A stretch of 63,815 nucleotides of DNA, the filler included, from Myxococcota bacterium (GTDB lineage Bacteria > Myxococcota_C > UBA6777): NCBI GenBank assembly GCA_023150835.1. It is 4 parts of 4 records of this genome, joined end to end, with 100 filler letters (N's around TTAATTAATTAA, not from the genome) between each part and the next. Parts side by side here need not be neighbours in the genome. Positions count along the whole stretch, not along the records: positions 41,990 to 59,892 come from JAKLKB010000170.1; positions 59,993 to 63,815 come from JAKLKB010000229.1; 2 more parts are not named here. The stretch is one strand, 5' to 3'. A program made the translations under genes and the position numbers. The notes under the pieces are model-generated. The model was not told the DNA's origin. It worked only from the letters and a program-made list of their open reading frames with translations, and did no database searches. Of the stretch, positions 57,767 through 63,815 are shown piece by piece (the stretch's first letter is position 1; every line of letters starts with the position of its first letter).

Positions 57767-59704
57767 ATGGAGAAGAAAGCGTTGATGGAAGAGTTGGAGC
57801 AGTTGGGGAAGTTGTACCAATCGGGGGTGTTTTCACAGGCGGAGTTTGAAGCGCAACGAGCGGAGTTGTTGGAGCAATTGCGGGTGTTGCGCAGTGGGCA
57901 GACGCCGATGCCGTCGAAGGGTGGTGGAAGTGGACTCAGCCAAGTCCACGGTGCGGATGTATTGGCCACAGGCTTTGTGGGAGGGCAAGGGCAGGCGGGA
58001 TTTGTGGGAGGGCAAGGGCAAACGGGGCTGGGTGTGGGCCGAGTGGTGGGGGAGCGTTATCGGTTGGTGCGGATGTTGGGGCGAGGTGGGATGGGCGAGG
58101 TGTGGTTGGCCGAAGACATCCGCTTGGGTCGGGCGTTTGCGCTGAAGTTTCTGTCCGATGCGTTGGTGGGATCATCGGAAGCGTTGGGGCGGATGCACCG
58201 AGAATATGAAGTGCTGGAAAAGCTGACGCATCCGCATATTGTGCGGGTGTTCGATATGGATCAGGACAAAGACAGCGGGCGCTGGTATCTGCGGATGGAG
58301 TATGTGGAAGGCGAAGACTTGGGGAAAAAGATCGCGGTGGTGGCGCAACAAGCCAAACGACCGTTGTTTGGGATGGATGTGATGGTGGGTTGGTTAGGGC
58401 AGCTAGTGGAGGCTTTGGATTACGCCCATCAGCAGGGGATCTTGCACCGCGATATCAAGCCCGCAAATTTGATGTTGACGACCGAACCGCAGCGATTGAA
58501 AGTGATGGATTTTGGGATAGCGCGTGTGGTCAGCGGAACGCATACGACCCAACACACCGCGATGATGGGATCGATGTACTACGCCGCACCAGAGCTTTTG
58601 CGCGGTCAAGCGGCGACCCCAGCGGCGGATATCTATTCGTTTGGTGTGTTGGTGTACGAGATGTTGACGGGGGAACCGCCGATGGGACATTTCGAGAAGC
58701 CGTCTTTGGTGGTGGATGGGCTTTCGGTAGAGGTGGATCGACCGCTGCTGGGGATGTTATCGCCAAACCCGACAAAACGGGGGGGCTCGTTGCGAGAGGC
58801 GTGGTCGCCGTTGCGGGATGCGCTGCTTGGAAAATCGGCAACGGTGGTTGCGCCACCCCAGCCCGCGCCAGCATCGCCAAAGATCGAGGTGATCGCACCG
58901 CCACCGCCACCGAAGATCGCGGAACCATCGGCAGGAGAGCGGCGGGTGTTTCGGGTGGGCGGGGCGGATCTTGCGATGCGCTGGATCCCTGCGGGGCGCT
59001 TCCTCATGGGCGCAGGAGCCGATGACAAGGAGGCCAATGACTACGAAAAACCGCAGCACGAAGTGACAATCACACGGGGATTTTGGATGGGGGAGGTGCC
59101 CGTCACACAGGGCCAATACCAAGCGATCACGGGCCATAATCCATCGCATTTCAAAGCGGTGGGTTTGGATGCGCCTGTGGAGCAGGTGAATTGGCATGAA
59201 GCAGCAGCGTTTGCAAACAAGTTGTCTGCGTTGGAGGGGCTGTCGGCTTGTTTTGTGGGTAGTGGCGAACAGATGGAAGGAGTGGGAAACAAGAGCGGCC
59301 ATTACGTCGGGTGTAAGGGGTGGCGTTTACCGACGGAGGCGGAGTGGGAATATGCTTGTCGTGCGGGTGCGACAACGCCGCGTTATGGAGAGTTAGACGA
59401 GATCGCGTGGTATGGGAAGAACAGCGGCAGCACAACGCATGCTGTGGGGCAAAAACAAGCCAATGCGTGGGGGCTACACGATACGCTGGGCAATGTCTGG
59501 GAGTGGTGCTATGACTGGTTTGGTGGTTATTCGGCCCAAGCAGCTACAGACCTTGTTGGAGCAGCTACAGGCACGAACCGCGTGGTACGGGGTGGCGGTT
59601 GGCACTACCACGCTAACAGCGTGCGGGCGGCGCGGCGTTACTACGGCACGCCGACGTACCGCAACTACAACATCGGTTTCCGTGTCGTCAGGTCGAGCCC
59701 CTAA
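57767..59704 (+). CDS. SHOCT - Ser/Thr kinase - FGE-sulfatase (CLec-fold) protein
   Basis: ELEQLGKLYQSGVFSQAEFEAQRAELL; GRGGMG, HRDIKPAN, DFG, APE; RLPTEAEWEYACRAG, GNVWEWC, RGGGW, GFR. Confidence 0.95.
   Translation: MEKKALMEELEQLGKLYQSGVFSQAEFEAQRAELLEQLRVLRSGQTPMPSKGGGSGLSQVHGADVLATGFVGGQGQAGFVGGQGQTGLGVGRVVGERYRLVRMLGRGGMGEVWLAEDIRLGRAFALKFLSDALVGSSEALGRMHREYEVLEKLTHPHIVRVFDMDQDKDSGRWYLRMEYVEGEDLGKKIAVVAQQAKRPLFGMDVMVGWLGQLVEALDYAHQQGILHRDIKPANLMLTTEPQRLKVMDFGIARVVSGTHTTQHTAMMGSMYYAAPELLRGQAATPAADIYSFGVLVYEMLTGEPPMGHFEKPSLVVDGLSVEVDRPLLGMLSPNPTKRGGSLREAWSPLRDALLGKSATVVAPPQPAPASPKIEVIAPPPPPKIAEPSAGERRVFRVGGADLAMRWIPAGRFLMGAGADDKEANDYEKPQHEVTITRGFWMGEVPVTQGQYQAITGHNPSHFKAVGLDAPVEQVNWHEAAAFANKLSALEGLSACFVGSGEQMEGVGNKSGHYVGCKGWRLPTEAEWEYACRAGATTPRYGELDEIAWYGKNSGSTTHAVGQKQANAWGLHDTLGNVWEWCYDWFGGYSAQAATDLVGAATGTNRVVRGGGWHYHANSVRAARRYYGTPTYRNYNIGFRVVRSSP
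59576..59704 (+). other. putative DGR variable region
   Basis: 13 NNC codons at the canonical AAC-derived positions of the CLec C-terminus; hairpin at 59741-59754. Confidence 0.65.
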
Positions 59705-59892
59705 TTACCGTTTTCCGTTTTACCGTTTTACCGTTTGCGGCCCGATTTATCGGGGTTGAAAGAGGGGGGCGCTTCGTGAACGAATGTGTTGTCCGTCGAC
59801 AGTGCAGTCGTGTGTGCAGTATAGAGTGCGGCGGGTTCTGATGGGCGTGGCGCTTCAGGACGCAAGGCAGCGAGCTCCGCCGCGCCGCGTCG

Positions 59893-59992
59893 NNNNNNNN
59901 NNNNNNNNNNNNNNNNNNNNNNNNNNNNNNNNNNNNTTAATTAATTAANNNNNNNNNNNNNNNNNNNNNNNNNNNNNNNNNNNNNNNNNNNN
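59893..59992. other. artificial contig linker
   Basis: N44-TTAATTAATTAA-N44. Confidence 0.98.
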
Positions 59993-60988
59993 CCCCAACC
60001 CCTCACCCTCAACATCCGCGCCCATCTCCCCAACGCCCAAGGGACCCTTTCGCTCCAACTCCCCACAGGATGGGCCGCACCCCCCTCACAGATATCTCTC
60101 CATCTCCCCCAAACCAACTCCCTCCAAACACACACCTTCTTGATCACTCCCCCCAAACAACCAACTCAAACAACCACCCCCTCCGCTGCGCTGTTTGCCA
60201 TCCCCGTCTTGCACTCCCAAGCACGCTCTTTCTCATGGGCTGAAACCCAACTTCACTATCCTCACATCCCCGCCATGACCGTACTCCAACCCGCCTCCGT
60301 CCGCCTTGTCCCTCTCCAACTCCACCTCCCCCAAGGCTCCTTTGCCTACATCCAAGGCTCCGGCGATCGCATCCCTGAAGCCCTCCAACAGATCGGCCTC
60401 CCCCTCCGTGTCCTCACCGACAAAGAGATCATCACCGCCGATCTCTCCCGCTTTCGCAGCATCCTGATCGGCATCCGCGCCTTTAACGCCAACACCACCC
60501 TTCAATCCCACAAGCAACGCCTCTGGGACTACGTCGCCCAAGGCGGAACTCTGATCGTCCAATACACAGCCGTCCAGTGGTGGCGGCCCTTCCAGATCGC
60601 TGTCGCTCCGTTTCCTCTCACCATCGGACGCCAACGCATCACCCAAGAAGACGCACCCGTCACCCTCCTCAACCCTCAACATCCCCTCTTTCAAACGCCC
60701 CATCCCATCGGCCCACAAGACTTTCACGGCTGGACTCAAGAACGCGGACTCTACTTCGCTTCCGCATGGCATCAAACCGCGATTCCTCTTCTTCGCATGG
60801 CTGATCCCAATGAACCTCCCCAAGATGGCGCACTTCTCTTAGGGCATCACGGAAAAGGCGCTTATCTTTACACAGGACTTTCTTTCTTTCGACAGCTCCC
60901 TGCGGGGGTTCCCGGGGCGTACCGACTGCTGCTCAACCTCCTCGCCTACACGCCTTCCCCCGCCTCCCCACCCACAAGGACACCCTAA
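59993..60988 (+). CDS. 3' part of a PIG-L/LmbE-like deacetylase fusion protein (GATase-like C-terminal domain)
   Basis: YIQGSGD.IPEAL.QIG, IGIRAFN, GGTLIVQY, GWTQERGLYF, FFRQLPAGVPGAYRLL.N. 5'-truncated by the gap. Confidence 0.82.
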   Translation, partial: PQPLTLNIRAHLPNAQGTLSLQLPTGWAAPPSQISLHLPQTNSLQTHTFLITPPKQPTQTTTPSAALFAIPVLHSQARSFSWAETQLHYPHIPAMTVLQPASVRLVPLQLHLPQGSFAYIQGSGDRIPEALQQIGLPLRVLTDKEIITADLSRFRSILIGIRAFNANTTLQSHKQRLWDYVAQGGTLIVQYTAVQWWRPFQIAVAPFPLTIGRQRITQEDAPVTLLNPQHPLFQTPHPIGPQDFHGWTQERGLYFASAWHQTAIPLLRMADPNEPPQDGALLLGHHGKGAYLYTGLSFFRQLPAGVPGAYRLLLNLLAYTPSPASPPTRTP

Positions 60989-61140
60989 TGCGCCCAACCA
61001 ACCACGATCCCCGTCGGCCCGAACTCGACGAAACACCTCCCCTGCTCGGCACATGGAACCGCATCTACCTCGTCGTGATCGCCGCGCTTGTTGCCCAGAT
61101 CCTCCTCTATGCTTGGCTGACTTGGCAATTTTCCCCATAA
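60988..61140 (+). CDS. 50-aa single-TM protein upstream of the symporter (absent from the ORF track)
   Basis: TAATG coupling; MRPTNHDPRRPELDETPPLLGTWNRIYLVVIAALVAQILLYAWLTWQFSP. Confidence 0.8.
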   Translation: MRPTNHDPRRPELDETPPLLGTWNRIYLVVIAALVAQILLYAWLTWQFSP

Positions 61141-61259
61141 GACGATATCCGAAAGATGTATGCGAAACGTCGCAACGATTTGCTGTAGCAGTCCTGTTCT
61201 TGGGCAGCCACAGGGGGCTGCCCCTACATCTTTCGCTCTCACAAAGGGCGGATTTCGCA
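61141..61259 (-). mobile_element. MITE-like repeat family A copy
   Basis: TAA-gacgatatccg ... cggatttcgca-TAA; abuts the stop codon. Confidence 0.8.
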
Positions 61260-61293
61260 TAATCCGCCCTTTTTCCCTACGGAGTGATCGCAC

Positions 61294-62988
61294 ATGACCC
61301 AACTGGATTGGCTTGTTCTGCTCGCAACCACCGCTGCGATCGTCTTGTATGGATGGTGGAAAACGCGTGGGCAACAAGATATGAACTCTTATTTGCGCGG
61401 TGGAAATGAACTCAAATGGCCGACCATCGGCCTTTCCATCATGGCAACCCAAGCCAGCGCCATCACCTTCCTCTCCACCCCGGGGCAAGCCTACGAAGAC
61501 GGTATGCGCTTTGTCCAATTCTATTTCGGCCTTCCTTTCGCCATGATCGTCATCTCGATCTTTATCGTCCCCATCTACTACAAACTCAACGTCTTTACCG
61601 CTTACGAATATCTCGAACGCCGCTTTGACCTCAAAATGCGCTTCCTTGGCGCTTTTCTCTTCTTAATCCAACGCGGCCTTGCTGCCGGCATCACCATCTA
61701 CGCGCCTGCGATCATCCTCGCCTCCGTCATGGGCTGGCCGCTTCACACCACCAACCTCGTCATCGGGGCCGTCGTTATCCTTTACACCGTCTCAGGCGGC
61801 ACAAAGGCTGTTAGCCAAACTCAAAAACAACAGATGATCGTGATCATGGTCGGGATGTTTGTCGCCGCCTTGATCATCGTCTATCGCTTGCCACCCAACG
61901 TCTCTCTTGGCGATGCCACCGCCCTCGCGGGTGCGCTTGGACGCATGAATGTCCTTGACTTTGGCTTCGATCTCAACAACCGCTATACCTTTTGGTCGGG
62001 ACTCACAGGCGGATTTTTTCTTGCGCTCTCCTACTTTGGAACCGATCAATCCCAAGTCCAACGCTACCTCTCTGGCCGCTCCGTCACCGAAAGCCGACTC
62101 GGTCTGCTCTTCAACGGCATCCTCAAGATCCCTATGCAGTTCACGATCTTGTACATCGGCGTCCTTGTCTTCGTCTTCTATCTCTTCGTCAAACCCCCGA
62201 TCTTCTTTAACACCCCTGCCCTCCGTAGCCTCCAAAACACCCCTCATGCCGCCCAATTAAACGATCTGCAACGCCGTTATGACCTCGCTTTCGCCAAACA
62301 AAAAACCGCCGCAGACGCCTTCGTCAAAGCCCGTCAAAGCGGCGACCTCGCACGCATCCAAGCCACCAAACGCGCCTTCCAACAAAGCGCCCTACACACC
62401 GACGCTCTGCGCAAAAGTACGCGACTTCTGATCTACGACAAACACCCTCAAGCGAAAAAGTCCAAAGAAGCCGATTACATCTTTATCTACTTTGTCATCC
62501 ACATGCTTCCTGCTGGCATCGTCGGCTTATTGATCGCTGTCATCTTATTCGCCGCCATGAGTTCGACCGCCAGCGAACTCAATGCCCTTGGAACCACCAC
62601 CGTGGTCGACTTTTACCGCCGCAGCATCCGCCCCAACGAAACCGATCGACACTATGTCTTTGTCTCCAAAGCCTTTACCGTCTTTTGGGGACTCGTGGCT
62701 CTTTCTTTTGCTTCCTTTGCCTCGCTGCTCGACAACTTGATCGAAGCCGTCAATATCCTCGGTTCCATTTTCTATGGAACGATCCTCGGCATTTTTCTTG
62801 TCGCCTTTTTCCTCAAACGCATCGGCAGCAACGCCACCTTCATCGCCGCCCTCATCGCCCAAGCTACCGTACTTTTTCTCTACTTTACATCCAGCCTTGG
62901 CTTCCTTTGGTACAACGTCGTCGGTTGTGCCATCGTCGTCTTCTTTGCCCTTCTGCTCAAGCCGATCGACAAACCCTCCAACGCCTAG
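61294..62988 (+). CDS. sodium:solute symporter (SSS family)
   Basis: ATQASAITFLSTPG, TAYEYLERRF, GTDQSQVQRYL, AAMSS; about 13 TM segments. Confidence 0.95.
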   Translation: MTQLDWLVLLATTAAIVLYGWWKTRGQQDMNSYLRGGNELKWPTIGLSIMATQASAITFLSTPGQAYEDGMRFVQFYFGLPFAMIVISIFIVPIYYKLNVFTAYEYLERRFDLKMRFLGAFLFLIQRGLAAGITIYAPAIILASVMGWPLHTTNLVIGAVVILYTVSGGTKAVSQTQKQQMIVIMVGMFVAALIIVYRLPPNVSLGDATALAGALGRMNVLDFGFDLNNRYTFWSGLTGGFFLALSYFGTDQSQVQRYLSGRSVTESRLGLLFNGILKIPMQFTILYIGVLVFVFYLFVKPPIFFNTPALRSLQNTPHAAQLNDLQRRYDLAFAKQKTAADAFVKARQSGDLARIQATKRAFQQSALHTDALRKSTRLLIYDKHPQAKKSKEADYIFIYFVIHMLPAGIVGLLIAVILFAAMSSTASELNALGTTTVVDFYRRSIRPNETDRHYVFVSKAFTVFWGLVALSFASFASLLDNLIEAVNILGSIFYGTILGIFLVAFFLKRIGSNATFIAALIAQATVLFLYFTSSLGFLWYNVVGCAIVVFFALLLKPIDKPSNA

Positions 62989-63065
62989 AACCCTTGTATT
63001 TGTACCGTTCTGCAAGGCTGTTTCGGGCTCAAGCCGATCGACAAACCCTCCAACGCCTAGAACCC
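62955..63065. repeat. 39-bp direct repeat of the symporter 3' end, separated by 33 bp
   Basis: gctcaagccgatcgacaaaccctccaacgcctagaaccc at 62955-62993 and 63027-63065. Confidence 0.92.
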
Positions 63066-63131
63066 CCACACAGATCCACAACCCATCGGATTTCAGATGA
63101 TATCGATAGGACTTGCGCGGTTGCTCTGTTT

Positions 63132-63553
63132 TGTGGGGCGCTGCCCCATACGCGCCTTGTTAAGGTGGAAACACCGGATAGTCTAGCCTGATCGCCGTTT
63201 CTTTTTCTACCCCACCCCTCAATCCCCCCGGCCAACGGGGGGAAGTTGGAACGGGCAGCGTCTGCGTCTCGTGCAAACAGCGTGCGTCATGAAAAAACAA
63301 AATCCCCGCTGCTTCCGACTTTCGCTCCCTCCCCTGTTCACGGTCTTTGGCCTCGGTGGGGGGGCCAACAAGCGCTTAACCTAACGCCTATGGGGCGCTG
63401 CCCCACACCCCGCAAGGGAGCTCCGCTCCCTTGACCCCGTGCTGGCGAAGAGAACATCGTTTTTCACACAAACAACGTTCTCGCTTGAACGGGTGCGAAC
63501 ACGGGTTTTTTGACGACGTTCTCGCTTGAACGAGTGCGAACACGGGTTTTTTG
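63132..63553 (-). repeat. longest mosaic repeat family B copy (all modules)
   Basis: Matches 15886-16141 and 53205-53413, and in reverse 10691-10811. Confidence 0.9.
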
Positions 63554-63567
63554 ATCCGACTGCGTCA

Positions 63568-63815
63568 TACGAAATCCGCCCGTTGTATGATCGTAAAGAT
63601 GTAGGGGCAGCCCCCCGTGGCTGCCCTATTACAGGGCTTCTACGCACTCTCCTTCGATCACATATCGCTCGGATATCGTATCTACGAAATCCGCCCGTTG
63701 TATGATCGTAAAGATGTAGGGGCAGCCCCCCGTGGCTGCCCTATTACAGGGCTTCTACGCACTCTCCTTCGATCACATATCGCTCGGATATCGTATCTAC
63801 GAAATCCGCCCGTTG
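63568..63815 (+). mobile_element. head-to-tail tandem family A copies (period 115)
   Basis: tacgaaatccg at 63568, 63683 and 63798. Confidence 0.9.

Noticed and set aside
59760-59892. DGR template repeat or group II intron start at the contig end
   Set aside because: No AAC-rich copy of the VR and no convincing intron 5' structure is visible.

Overview
The window is four contigs (1-22598, 22699-41889, 41990-59892, 59993-63815) joined by artificial 100-nt linkers (N44-TTAATTAATTAA-N44), so gene order across gaps is not biological. Gene content (eukaryote-like Ser/Thr kinases, PEGA, FHA-GAF-PP2C, lamin-tail lipoproteins, AgmX/PglI-like and MYXO-CTERM-like proteins) suggests a Myxococcota bacterium (inference). 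Recognisable genes are gcvP, metA (acetyltransferase type), tpx, phoD, a stand-alone Zn-free rpsR, an ABC exporter, a polyprenyl synthetase and a Na+/solute symporter. Main highlights: (1) a SHOCT-kinase-FGE/CLec gene whose 3' end looks like a diversity-generating-retroelement variable region; (2) the 5' part of a HEARO/omegaRNA (IscB-type OMEGA element) at a contig end; (3) a secreted protein with 20 mirror-symmetric cysteines, predicting a long disulfide-ladder beta-hairpin; (4) two adjacent 'half-TolC'-like paralogs in an envelope operon; (5) a ~113-bp TIR MITE carrying GTAG-REP hairpins that sits on TAA stop codons and nests a second mosaic repeat family. No rRNA, tRNA or CRISPR array was seen. 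All assignments come from reading motifs by eye; no searches were run.
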